From the human T2T-CHM13v2.0 reference genome, Homo sapiens, in assembly GCF_009914755.1 (NCBI RefSeq), contig NC_060926.1: 64,000 nucleotides of DNA; one strand, 5' to 3'. This document shows positions 1 to 15,670 of this stretch, in pieces (positions within the stretch are counted from its first letter, which is position 1; each line of letters begins with the position of its first letter). Made by a program: the position numbers and the translations under genes. Below the pieces are notes generated by a model, which saw only the letters and a list, made by a program, of their open reading frames with translations, did no database searches and was not told the origin of the DNA.

Positions 1-365
1 GTGCCTATTAAACTCGGGCAGGTGTACCATGGAATGCAGGATGCCATCTGAAACGATGGCAGAAATAACTAAAACATATGTAGCACAGCTTTCTTCTATA
101 AAGAAAAATGAGTATGCTGCATGCACACTATGTGTGTGGCCTAGAAAAGAGGCATAAACACATGTACATCAGGTGTCACATAATTTCTGGGTAGCATTTT
201 GATGGAGTGTATATATTCTTACATAAAAAACAAAAGTGAAAGACAGCAGAATTTATTAGATATTTACGTATGTTTCTTTTCATTTGTGTTGTCCTTTTCT
301 CTCTGAGTATGGATTGCCTTTGTAACAGAGAAATCTGTTTGGTTTGGTTTGGTTTGGTTTTCTGG

Positions 366-700
366 TTTGGAGGCAGGGACTCGCTCTGTCACCCAGGCTG
401 GAGTACAATGGTGCGATCATAGCTCACTGCAGCCTACAACTTCTGAGCTCAAGTGATTCTCCCACCTCAGCCTCCTGAGTAGCTGGGACTACAAGCAGGA
501 GCTACCATGCCCAGCTCTTTTTTTTTCCCTGGAGAGACAGGGTCTTACTATATTGCCCTGGCTAATCTTAAACCCTTGGCCTCAAGCAATCCTCCCACCT
601 CGACCTCCCAAAGTGCTGAGATTTTTTTCTCCTGGGTATCTATCATTAATTATATTTTCTTCTTTTAGGTGGCCTCCCAAAGTGAGCCACCATGCCCAAA
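366..700 (-). repeat. AluJ with (TTTGG)n tail (336-370) and an internal ~50-nt insertion
   Basis: Alu consensus; duplicated cccaaagtg flanking non-Alu sequence. Confidence 0.8.
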
Positions 701-1347
701 CTAGAAAAATCTTAAAAGAACTTTATCCAAACATGCCAAGTCATAAATGATGTTGATATACTTTATCCCCACAAATTCATTTTCATTCTCTTTCTCTCCT
801 TTAAATGTAAAGTGGACTAGGGCTTTCATCTAGGAAAACGTATGTGACAATAGCATCTTCAGAAAAATCCAGCAAATGGAACAGGCTGTTCTTGCAAGGA
901 GCAGTAACTTTCAGCCATAGTAACTTGTATTGCAAAGGAATCTGGGGCTTCTGATTGGATTTGGACCCAGAGGATGTAGAACTATTCCTTAGAGTGCACT
1001 GTGGATACCTTCTGCAGTCCCAAACCCAGGGGGTGTGGGAGGTGACAGAGGTCCAGTCACCAGCACTGTCAGCCGGCAGGACACATGGGGCTTGTAGAGA
1101 GGTGCTCAGAAGCCCACGGGTAGACTTTGCTGCTGAGACTAGCCCTTGTGGATGCAGCGCATCAACACATGCCTCATGGGTGAGGTGAGCCAGTATTCAG
1201 GGTTGAACACGTGTTCAGCGAGTCAAACTGCACACTGAGTCAGCCATGAAACAAGCGTCTAGATAGGGGATGTGGTAAGGCTCTGGCCTGGAGATGTGAT
1301 TTGCAGAGACTGTCGGCGTGATCTCTCTCATTGTCTCTGTGTTGCAG

Positions 1348-1418
1348 CCTCCCAAAGTGAAATGCCTGACCAAGATCTGGCACCCCAACATCACAGAGAC
1401 AGGGGAAATATGTCTGAG
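1348..1418 (+). CDS. UBE2F: UBE2F internal coding exon ([24 protein letters not shown]), containing the HPN motif and catalytic Cys (TGT 1411-1413)
   Basis: ttgcag|CCT acceptor, AG|gtgagt donor; 71 nt, phase 0 to 2; translation matches UBE2F and the E2 HPN...C signature. Confidence 0.97.
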
Positions 1419-2441
1419 GTGAGTTTATTGTCTTTTCTTTCTTCTACATTCGTGAGTGTCATGTGCAAGCGTTGGGCTTTTAAACATGTTGTCTCCTCTG
1501 AAAAGATTTTGAGGCATGGCCAAGATTAGGAAGGGCTTGAACTCAGCTGAAGTAGCTGCGGTTGCCTGCCTGCTCCCAAACCCTACCCTACCTTCTGCCT
1601 CCAGACGAGTGTCTTCTCTTGGCCCTCTGGGGGCCACAGCCCTACTAAGTTCTTAGTGCAGCCTCCTTGCCTGCCCAGGATGGACCCTTGGAGTCCCTTG
1701 CCTTGTTCCCCTCCTATTTACATGAGAGACCACATTCCCTCCATGTGGCTGATTTTAGCTAAGATGAGAAAATATGATTAATGATAGATACCCAGGAGAA
1801 AAAATGTAGATGGCAGGCTTGAGACGACCTTGGGCACTTGTATTTAAGCTGCCCTCTCTCTACCAAAATGGTCCTGATAGATGTCAGGGCACTTAGGGCA
1901 GACAGCCTCTCGGAGCTTCATGCCTGCTGTGACTTGTGTCCCTGATCCCTGGCATGGGCAGAACGTCAGGCATCAGTGATTTCTCCTCCTAAGGCTGCTG
2001 GAAAAGTTGTGTAGGTGGATTGGTTGGTTTTTAAAGTAAGTTTCACATTTGGGCTTTATTTTTTCTGCACTTTGTCCCTTTCATCACTTTAAGGCAGCAA
2101 GGTTGATTGCAGGGGCTTTGATATCAGACCACCTGGACCTGAGTCCAGCTCGCCGCCCCCGCCCCCACCCCTGCCCGGCTGCCCGGGGCAGCTGTGGGAC
2201 TTTAGGCTAGGTATTTGAACTGTATGTGCCTCACACTCAGCCAGTTTGGAAAGTAGGCACAAAGTGTTTTCTTAGCACATTTCTCCTACTTTTGACATGA
2301 AATGCAATTAGTGGCCTAAGTCATTTCTCATGCTCAACTTCCGTATCTCTTTTCTTTCATTCCTCTCTCCTTAGTAAACACTAATCACCTTTGAAAGGAA
2401 ATGTGTAAACTGTGGCTGCTGGAAATCTTACCTCAGGATCC

Positions 2442-2738
2442 CTTTCTCTTTTTTTTTGAGATGGAGTCTCGCTTTGTTGCCCAGGCTGGAGTGCAGTGGC
2501 GCGATCTGAGCTCACTGCAAGCTCCGCCTCCCAGGTTCACGCCATTCTCCTGCCTCAGCGTCCCGAGTAGCTGGGACTACAGGCGCCTACCACTACGCCC
2601 GGCTAATTTTTGTATTTTTTAGTAGAGACTGGGTTTCACTGTGTTAGCCAGGATGGTCTCAATCTCCTGACCTTGTGATCTGCCCGCCTCGGCCTCCTAG
2701 AGTGCTGGGGTTACAGGTGTGAGCCACCGCGCCGGGCC
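2442..2738 (-). repeat. AluY
   Basis: diagnostic gcaagctccgcctcccaggttcacgccattctc; TSD ggat(c/g)cctttctct. Confidence 0.9.
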
Positions 2739-5011
2739 GGATGCCTTTCTCTTCACAAGTACAGTTAGTGCCCATTTGCCCATTTCATTTTTGTATATAC
2801 TGCTCCTTCTTCAATATCAGCCTCGTTTTTCACAGATGGTTAAAAATACATTTTACCAGACATACCTTTTTAAAAAAGCATCTTCCCTTTGAAGTATCTG
2901 TCCTTTACGTATTGAAACATTAAAATTCCACTATCTTTGGTTGCAGGTTATAAATGTGTTTGGCCCAGGCCCCCACTGCCCCGCTTCCTCCTGTGCTTGT
3001 GAGGACACCTGGCTCACTTTCTGGGGGGCCATACTCTACTTCCCTGTCTTGTCCCTGCCTTAGTCAGAAATGGGTCCAGAATAGGAAGCTCTCTTGTCCC
3101 TTTTGCCGTCTTCTGGGAAGTCAGATGATTAGCAAAGCCTTATAAGGATGAACAGATGGTATCCTGATATAAAAGCCAGACGTCTTAAGGAAAAAGATTG
3201 TCAGATTTGACCATGTAAAAATTAAAAACACAAAATGGAAGAAGAAATGATCAACTGGATTAACATCCTTGGTATGTAAATAGTCCTTACTATTCATTAT
3301 AAAAAAGACGGATACTTCTCTGGAAAAATGTGGCATTGGCTACAAATAGGTGATTCATAAAAGGAGAAATAGAGGTGGGCAGTAAATATCTGAGGAGATG
3401 TTCACTCTCATCAGTAACCAGAGAAAGGCGCAGAAGACCATGAAGTGTGGCTTACCACTCACCAGATTGGCAGGCACAAAGGTAGATACTTGGTGGCTGG
3501 GGGAGGAGTGTGTGACAGAGAGCGAGCAGGCTCTCTTGTTGGAGGGTGTGTGTATTTGCACACCTTTCATTGGTCCTTCAGCCACGTAGACTACCTGTAA
3601 CTCGTATGTACCCTTGGACTTGTCAGCTGCACTTCTAGGGATTTAATCTAAGGAAATAATGTGCCAGATTGATGTACGGGGACCACCTTGTTAGTGAAAA
3701 GCAGACAGTGTCCAGTGGCAGCTTTATGGTGTGTCCCGAATAAAGGGAAGGAAAAGCCCAACCGCACCTCTGGTTTGTGGTGACGCTGACAGCAGCTCAT
3801 CAGCCCTTCCCACAGCAGGACTGATGGGTGCCTGGGGCTCCACAGGCCTTTCAGTGCTGGCACACAGGAGCACCTTCCTCTTTTAGAGAGATTTGCCCTG
3901 GCTCCACCTTGTTGTCCCGGCAGGGACCCTTCGCCTGCTCTGGCACAAGGTCAGAGGCTCCATGTCTGTGGGATTGGAGGGCCTAGGTCAAGAGCTCAGT
4001 CAAAGCTTCTCCTAGAGTCCAAGCTTCTATTACAGTTCGTGGGGTGTCCTTTGTCTCCTTGCTTAATGACATCTCTGATAGCCAAGTGTCTCTGTCTCCT
4101 GAGCTGTTGCTGGGACTATCCTCTGTGAGGCCAGGCTAGAACTTCCTCAGTGACTGGAGGCACTGCACCCCTGATGGGCCTCACTGCTGCCCAGACCAGT
4201 GGCCACCACATGCTGGGGCCGGCCTTGCCTCCCCATTACCTGCCCCAGCCAGATGCAAAGCCCTCCTGCTCTGGCTGTGCTGTTAACAGCAAAGCTCAGG
4301 GTGAGCTTCCTTCTCCTTCATTCAGCTAATGTTGATTGAGCTTAGGCACTGGCAGAGGAATTAGCATTCCCTGCTTTTATGGATGAAACAGGCATTCAAC
4401 AAATAAATGACAAATATATAACTGAAGGTTGCATTAAGATCTATATAAGAAAATGATTAGCTAGATCAGAAATAATTCCTCCATTCAACAAAATATAGCC
4501 ACTAGGATTTGACTTCATTCCCAAAAAAGTTATTCAGAAGTTGACAATTCAGATCCACAAGTCACCAATACCTCTATAGGGTAGAAAGACGTCCACCCAG
4601 TTGGTAGGATACATGATTTGAGTTTTCCTTTTTTCTTTTTAAGGCTAAAAGTAAATTTTAATGGTCAATTTAAGGTTAGTTATCTGTTTTTTTTAACTGC
4701 TCTTCACAGACAATTAAGATTATAGCTTTGATTCAAACTCTACATATTTTTCTCCTGATCTGAATTGACTTTTGTGAATTTAAACATGCTCTAATTCAAA
4801 AAAGTTTATCAGAGGTAACAATTATGGATAAAGCCTGATATTTTATTTACAGATCAAAGCCACAGCACAATAATTCAGCAAATACAAAAGTAATTTTATC
4901 TCCAGAAGGAAGCTTGGCAATAAATTATACTTTTTCAAAGTATGGAATGATCATTTAATCCTTTTAAAATTATTTAAAATTTTTTTTTTACTTTTTAAGA
5001 TTATTGGGAAA

Positions 5012-5068
5012 ATGCTAATCTTCTCTGTATCATCCCAATTTGAGCATATGTGCTGCGGAAGTGAGCAC
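5012..5068 (-). pseudogene. 3'-truncated U6 snRNA retrocopy (about U6 nt 1-57)
   Basis: reverse complement GTGCTCACTTCCGCAGCACATATGCTCAAATTGGGATGATACAGAGAAGATTAGCAT matches the U6 5' half including the ACAGAGA box; 14-bp TSD TGGAATGATCATTT at 4943-4956 and 5069-5082. Confidence 0.93.
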
Positions 5069-5312
5069 TGGAATGATCATTTCCATGAGAGTATATGGTG
5101 TGCCTTTACAGCTGATAGACAGTAATGACCAGGACTCTCAGGTACCAGCTTCAGAAACAGGGCTTCACCAGACCTCTGAATCCTGGTGTGCCTTCCCTGA
5201 GCATGGGCCCCCCACCTAAGGAGTGATTGATACTCAGAATTTTGCATTAATCTTTTATCCTCAAGCTTTTTCTTTTGAACTTTAAAAAAAATAAAAAAAA
5301 AAACCCAGTTAC

Positions 5313-5617
5313 GGCTGGGCGTGGTGGCTCATGCCTGTAATCCCAGCACTTTGGGAGGCCGAGGCGGGCGGATCACGAGGTCAGGAGATCGAGAGCATCC
5401 TGGTTAACACGGTGAAACCCCGTCTCTACTAAAAATTCAAAAAACAAAATTAGCCGGGCGTAGGTGGTGCATGCCTTGTAGTCCCAGCTACTCAGGAGGC
5501 TGAGGCAGGAGAATGGCGTAAAACCGGAGAGGTGGAGCTTACAGTGAGCCGAGATCGTGCCACTGCACTCCAGCCTGGGAGACAGAGAGAGACTCCGTCT
5601 CAAAAAAAAAAAAAAAC
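5313..5617 (+). repeat. AluY-like
   Basis: ggatcacgaggtcaggagatcgag, gaatggcgt; TSD aaaacccagtta. Confidence 0.88.
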
Positions 5618-5939
5618 CCAGTTATTAAAATGTCATATGCTGGGAGCTCCCATTGTTGTTAACCTGCATCAGCAGTGTTTCAGAATGTCGGTGCCCGTGA
5701 GCTGCCTGGGTTGGAAGAACAACATTGTTCATGAGGCGTGTGCCCTTGGGCGTGTCTTCTCTGTGCCTTGGTTTCCTCCTGTATAAGACAGGGAAACAGG
5801 GATGCTCTCTTCACGGGTGGTTATAGGCATTAAGTGAATTTAATGGCACAGCACCTAGGATTGTGCCTGACATACACATAATAAGCTCTAAGCTTCAGTT
5901 ACTCCTGTTGTTATGTTGTCATTTTGTTGCCATTGTCAT

Positions 5940-6235
5940 TTTCTTTCTTTCTTTCTTTTTTTTTTTTGAGACAGGGCCTCACACTATTCCCAGGCTGGAG
6001 TACAGGGGCGCCATCACAGCTCACTGCAGCCTTGAACTTCTGGACTCAAGCAGTCCTCCACCTTTGGGAGTACAGGCGTGCACCACTATGCCTGGCTAAT
6101 TTTTAATTTTTAGTAGAGACAGGGTATCACTGTGTTGCCCAGGCTGGTCTCAAACTCCTGGACCCAAGCTATCTTCCCACCTTGCCTCGGCCTCCCAGAA
6201 TGCTGAGATTACAGGCGTGAGCCACCATACCCAGC
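5940..6235 (-). repeat. AluJ
   Basis: Alu consensus; TSD ccattgtcatttt. Confidence 0.85.
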
Positions 6236-6558
6236 CACCATTGTCATTTTCTGAATATTAAATTGACAAATGTTCTTTGTGTGTTGTTTTAAACATGCTC
6301 TTCCTCAGCCTAAAACTTCCATGTCAAGTATTACAACAAATAGATAAACATAACACAAGACATTATAATTGAATATGTATATAACCTTGGAGGTGGAAAT
6401 GCCTTCCTCAGCAAGAGAAAACTGAGAAGCCACAGAGGAAAAGATGGGTTTAATAAAAAGTAGAGCTCCTGCATGGCACACACCGAGAGGACTAGTTGGC
6501 AGCGTGCAGGGCACCTGTGGCTGCTCCTCACTAACCACTGTGTGTTTGTCTTTTTCAG

Positions 6559-6616
6559 TTTATTGAGAGAACATTCAATTGATGGCACTGGCTGGGCTCC
6601 CACAAGAACATTAAAG
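6559..6616 (+). CDS. UBE2F: UBE2F coding exon ([20 protein letters not shown])
   Basis: tttttcag|T acceptor, AAG|gtagag donor; 58 nt, phase 2 to 0, continues the previous frame. Confidence 0.96.
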
Positions 6617-8224
6617 GTAGAGTCTGTGCCTTGATCTTGATCATAAGTTGTCCCTGTGGTCCTCTCCCTGCAGTAGCCAGCCTCCCGAGAAAGCAGCACA
6701 TGTCCTTGCCTGTCACATCCACACCAGTGGCCGGACACACCCTGCCTCCTCTTCTCCCTGCTGCCTAGGCTACTTAGCCAGTCACTGACCTCGGTCAGTT
6801 TGGGCCGGATGAGCATCCTTGTTGACTTTGCCAGGCACCATTCTAGAACCAGAGATAGGAGCCCAAACTGCAGGCTTCACAGCCAAACCACCCGCCACAT
6901 AGGAAACCTCATGGCCATCATTCATTCAACAGGGATGTCTTGAGCTTTTCTGGCCACTAGGTGTTGGAGGAGGAGCAGCAAATTGATGTGCAAACCACTC
7001 CCTATGGCCAGAGAAGACTGTCAGGTGTTGGGTACCTAACATCAGGCAGGGACCCTAGGGGAACAGCACAGGAAGGGGCTTTTGGCCCTGGCCCTGCATA
7101 AGGGAACACTGCAGACTGCATGCAGTCCTGACCCAGCTCCTCCGAGCTGTAGTCTCTGCCACCATGGGCAGCCCACCCAGCCTTTTCTTAGCCTCTCCCC
7201 ACGCTCTAGAAATGTCCTGCCCTCTCAGAACTTTCCCTCTGCAGGTCGTGCCTCTACCTGGAAGGCGGCCCTCTCCTCCAGCCCTCTCCCTGGCAGACTC
7301 CTGCTCCCCTGGGGCTCAGATGGCTGTCATTGCCTCTGGAGCCTCTCCTCCCAGGGTGGGTGCTCTGGGGAACACGTCTCATGAACAGTGCTGGCCTGCT
7401 GACCTGCCCATCTGTACATCCCCCTTCCTCAGGCTGAGGGCTCACCTTCACCCACACTCCAACCCTAGGCCTGGCTCACATCGGAAGGTCAGGGATGGGT
7501 GGGTGGATGGATTGATGGACTAGAGAAAACAGAGAAAGGCAAATAAAATTACCAACTAGCAAAAAGTAGGGGAGGAGCATGAGAACAGGCCTAAAAAGGA
7601 CGAAACTCTTGAGTTGATGAAGAGGAAAATGGAGAATGAATTTGTGATTCACAGATGGCAGGTCAGTACAGATAGAACAACTCTGGCTTTCAGTTTTATT
7701 TAATGAAAATCTCTGATCCTTGAATTGTGAATCTTCTATGATTCTTTAAATAACTAATGCAAAATCATTAAGAAAACTTAATAGGATGAGGGGTAATTAA
7801 CTTATCTACGACCGCAAGAGGCAGTAGATGTAAAAACAACAGACTTTATTTTGAAGGTGACTTTTTAGAAGTCAGAACCATATTTGGTGGTAACAAGTAA
7901 GAGGTGATTTAAGGTGGAGCCCCTATGCAGACACTGGCCTGCGGGCCCTGTCGTGCAGGATTGGGCTTGTCAGGTCTGACTGGGAGGGTGTCTGATGCTA
8001 TCTTTGATTTTATATTCACTACCTGAGACTGCTCATATCTTTGAATTTTCCAGAGTTTGTTGTTACACTTGAAGAGAAGTTATTTTAATTTTCTATCTTG
8101 AGAAAAACAAACCATGCTAAAGACAGGTTTTGATACAGTGCAAAGCATATTTCTTGATCATGGGTTTAAAAGACTAGGTGCACTTTGGCTTAAAACTTGT
8201 TTTCTGTTTTCTTTTTTATTTCAG

Positions 8225-8257
8225 GATGTCGTTTGGGGATTAAACTCTTTGTTTACT
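8225..8257 (+). CDS. UBE2F: UBE2F 33-nt coding exon (DVVWGLNSLFT)
   Basis: long pyrimidine tract + tttcag|GAT, ACT|gtaagt; phase 0/0; peptide is visible in ORF 8114..8314. Confidence 0.96.
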
Positions 8258-8367
8258 GTAAGTACAGTGATCAAAATCCCAAGTTATTCTCAATTTCCTT
8301 GTTGCTGGTTTTAGACATTGCGTTAAGACATGGTTTTAACACAAAACCATGTTAAAAAATGAAACAT

Positions 8368-8785
<418 letters not shown>

Positions 8786-10145
8786 TAAAAAATAGCCCAC
8801 CATGCAAACAGTTACATAGTTACCCCTTTTTTCTATTGCTCTTTTATGAGTCAGAAGTAGAACAGTGAGGTGGGGAATGAGGGGACTTTGGAGTGACATG
8901 TGGGGAGGTTGTCTGGGGCAGGGGCCACAGCAGTCTCACTTCTGCCCTGCTGAGGTGGCTGACCCCGGTTTCTAGGGGATGAGGCTGGTTCCACTTCCCT
9001 TAGCCCCTTCCAGCAGGGTGGCTGTTACTCTGGGGTCACTTGGCCCAGTCCACTTCTGTGCCTGTGGCTACACTAGCCAGCCCAGGGAGTGGCCCTGTCA
9101 CCTCCCAGGTGTTCTGGTTGGGGTGGATGATTTTGTGGTTACCCAGCCTTGAGGGCTTTTCGTGAGTCCAGAACCTCAGAGTTGTTGTCTTTTTGTCAGT
9201 GATGAGCTGCTGAAGTTTGCTGTTCTCAGGAAATAGCATTTCTCAGACAATGGCCCTAGGGCAGGAGGAGGCTAAATGGACTCAGCCAAAAGCTGTTGGT
9301 TGGATTTTTTTTATACGATATTATACGTTCCTTTGAATTTTTACTTTTCGATTCATAAAGGCGCTTTTAAAGAAATAAGCTTCAGAGATCTGTTTGTGAA
9401 AAAATAGTTTTTGCTACTTTTGATAAAACCTAAGGTGCCTCTATGATCTTGGATGGTCCACCCAGGCCAGTGGGCTGTTTTATGAGCATCCTCCTGGCCA
9501 GGTGTCATGTGGGTCACTAGCTGTTGCCTACAGCAGAGGCACCTGCAGGACTCAGTTAAACTAGGGGCGGGTCTGCTCTTACTTGTCCTGTCATCTGAGG
9601 GCACAGTGTTCTTATCTTCAGCAAAAGCAGAGCCTCAAACTAAACTGAGTCCCTGCCCACCTTTTGTCTTTCTGTCAGATGTTAGCTGGTGAATGTCTAT
9701 CACACAAGCAGAGAAATCAAGCACTTCCAGTGATTTCAGGATCTCCCTGAATCTCCATGGGAGGTCATACCTGATGGACACCTGGACTTGACAGTTTCTG
9801 CTGGTCTTAGCCACTTTGTTCTGCTTCTGTCTTTGGCTTTTTCATTGAAGTGAATGAAGTTTTATTTCTGGAGCCTAATTTGAAATCTGTCTGGCAGTTG
9901 TGCTGCATTGTAATATTGAGCCTTGGCATCTCCAGATTTGATTGAGAGAGCCAAAGCTGTGAACTCAGGCCCTTCTAGGGGCCCATATGCCGTCATTGTC
10001 ATCAGCCACCATGATTTTTTTCTGGAGCCCACCATGTCTGTCCCAGGTTCCTTGGCTCTGAATAGGTTTTAACTGGCAACTTGCTGCAGGGGAATTAATG
10101 GGAGGAAAGAAACACTGGCTCCTTGGACTTAAAAAAAAAATTGTT

Positions 10146-11225
<1,080 letters not shown>

Positions 11226-11880
11226 TGAGCAGTGTGAAGATAAGATGCGGCTTTGGTCCAAAGTCCAGAGTGCTTCTTGGGGCTGAGGGGCGTAGCCATT
11301 GCAGTGCTTTTCCAGGGGAGAATGGGTCGGGCTCCCTCTCCTGAGTCGGGGGACATGAGCCTAGCGACACTGCTGTGCAGTTTGCTCGGGTTCTAGACAT
11401 CGTCCCTATTGGCTGTGCATGGGAGGCTTGGTGAAGCAGAGAAAGGAAAGTCCAGGGAAGGGGCCCAAAAAGTCAAAACTGTTAATCACAAAACAAAAGA
11501 AAAAGTGAATTTTTATGGAAAAGAAGGGGATTTTTATTTGGAAATGCTTAATAATAGTGGTTTTCATTCTCCAGTTATCACAAATAGCATTAGAAATGAA
11601 TGCGATTGCAATTTACTCCATCTTCACCAAACTTTGTAGAACTACATGTCAACATATCTCTGACTTCTTTCAGTCAGTTGTCAGTCACCATTTTGAAAAA
11701 AATACCCACATGTTCGATATTTTGATATCACAAGCACTTGAGTTCTTAGTGGGATTCTCAGCTCTCCAGTTTGGTCTGCCATTTGCTAATTAGACTTCTC
11801 TTACTGTGCCATAAAATGAAGACTTTAACAGCAGAAAAGCAGTTCTCCCAATGTTTACTTTAAGTTTCTCTCTTTTTAAG

Positions 11881-11943
11881 GATCTTTTGAATTTTGATGA
11901 TCCACTGAATATTGAAGCTGCAGAACATCATTTGCGGGACAAG
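11881..11943 (+). CDS. UBE2F: UBE2F coding exon ([21 protein letters not shown])
   Basis: ctttttaag|GAT, AAG|gtgagc; 63 nt, phase 0/0; E2 'DPLN.EAA' motif. Confidence 0.96.
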
Positions 11944-12154
11944 GTGAGCCAGTAACAGGCTTATTCTAGGTTGATGTACTTGTCACGAACACGATTACTA
12001 CTGTCTCTTGATTGGATAAATGAGAAATTTATCCACCAAGAGAGTGGTGGGATGCAAGGCTGGAATTCAAAGCAATTTGTAAACAATATGGTATAGTAAA
12101 TGTGTGTAACCTCAGGAAAATGCTTTACCCAAGGTTGGAGAGAATTGGTGTGTG

Positions 12155-13890
<1,736 letters not shown>

Positions 13891-14873
13891 ACCTGATGTA
13901 GCTTTGAACACAGTTCTAAAACCCCTCTAGCTAGTTCTAGACATGGTGCTGAATGTTCAGCGCCTTGGCTTCTGTTAATGTTAGTTAGACCTACTGTGTG
14001 CCGCGACCAAGTAGGGCATTTGAAATGTGCCCTGCCAAGTCCTCGCTACAGTCTTGAGCCCAGGAGGTGCTGCCTGACCATGGCCCCAAAGAGTGGGCAG
14101 GAGCACCTCCGACAGGGAGGCAAGAGAAGTGCCACCCAGCATGCATCCTGCTCAGACTCACAAAACAAGTGGCAGGTATGGTGGGCACGGGGAGTGGTGC
14201 AGTGCAACCAGGCGGGCAGAGCAGGCCATCTTCTGAGGCTGGTGTGCTGCCAAGGAGGCGAGCTCTGTCCTGAGGGCTGGAGCAGCAGGGGTCCTCAAGA
14301 GAAGTAGCAGGGGTGTGAGGCAGCCCTGTGCTCACAGCTCCCCATGGGGGCAATCAGTCCCCGACCCCTGCCATCCGTCGGTGGTCCTGATGGGCTTGTG
14401 TTGTCTGGTAAAGCCTTGGGCTTGGTACTGCGCTGACAAGCCCTGGGCAAATGTGCCCCTTGGCCCACCCCTTGCAGGCATTCATGGCGGCACTCCTGTC
14501 TGCTGTCGTTGGCGAGGACTAGCCCTTGTGGACCAAGCCTTATCAGATAGAAAGTGATGGCAATAGGGGTACTCCCACAGCTCCAGGTGGAGAGATGTCT
14601 TCCATTTTACCTTTCTTTGTATGAAACAAGATTTCATATTCCTGATTTGTATAAAATAGGACTTTGCAACTGGTACACTTTTAGCCCCAGTAAAATGGAC
14701 CTAAAATCTCCAAACAGTGGTGCCTCCACATGAAGCCTAAGCAGTGCCGCCCCATCCCCGTCTCCGTGCGGAGTCATAGTCACAGCTGGTGAGCACCGCA
14801 TCCTTATGTCCACTCGTTCATCACTTATTTGGCTGGTGACCACTTATGTGCCAGGGGAGGTGCAAAGTGCTCA

Positions 14874-15277
<404 letters not shown>

Positions 15278-15479
15278 AGGTGAACAAACACAGCATGTGA
15301 GGTGGAGAGGGGGCCACAGAGGGCCGGGTGGTGAGAGAGGAGCGCTCCAGAAAACCTTGGCTGGCAGTGCAAAGGCCCTGAGGCAGGAATGTGCTGTGGA
15401 GCTCAGGGCAGAGAAAAGAGGCCATTATGACTGGTGCACATCAGAGGAATGGAATAGTAGGAGCCAGGCACGCTTCCAT

Positions 15480-15670
15480 GCACTTGACACAGAGTGCACT
15501 TGTTTCTCACAACAGCCCCTTGGGGCAGATACCATCATGATCCCTGTTTTGCTGCTGAGGACACAGCTGCCAAGAAGCTGAGAATCACCATGATTGAGTA
15601 GCCCATTGGAGGCAGAGCCCAGGACTTGGACCCACCTCCTTCTGGCTCCAGAGTCTGTGGTTTTCACTTG
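15480..15670. repeat. MIR remnant (similar remnants near 5700-5900 and 35700-35880)
   Basis: ctcacaacagccc...gaggcagagcccaggacttggaccca...ctccagagtctgtg MIR-like core. Confidence 0.6.

Noticed and set aside
1348-1360. UBE2F exon starts CCTCCCAAAGTGA, identical to an Alu word, suggesting Alu exonisation
   Set aside because: It encodes the ancient E2 PPKV motif; the short match is coincidental and no flanking Alu sequence is present
6331-6816. 161-aa minus-strand ORF overlapping a UBE2F exon
   Set aside because: No recognisable homology or promoter context; likely chance
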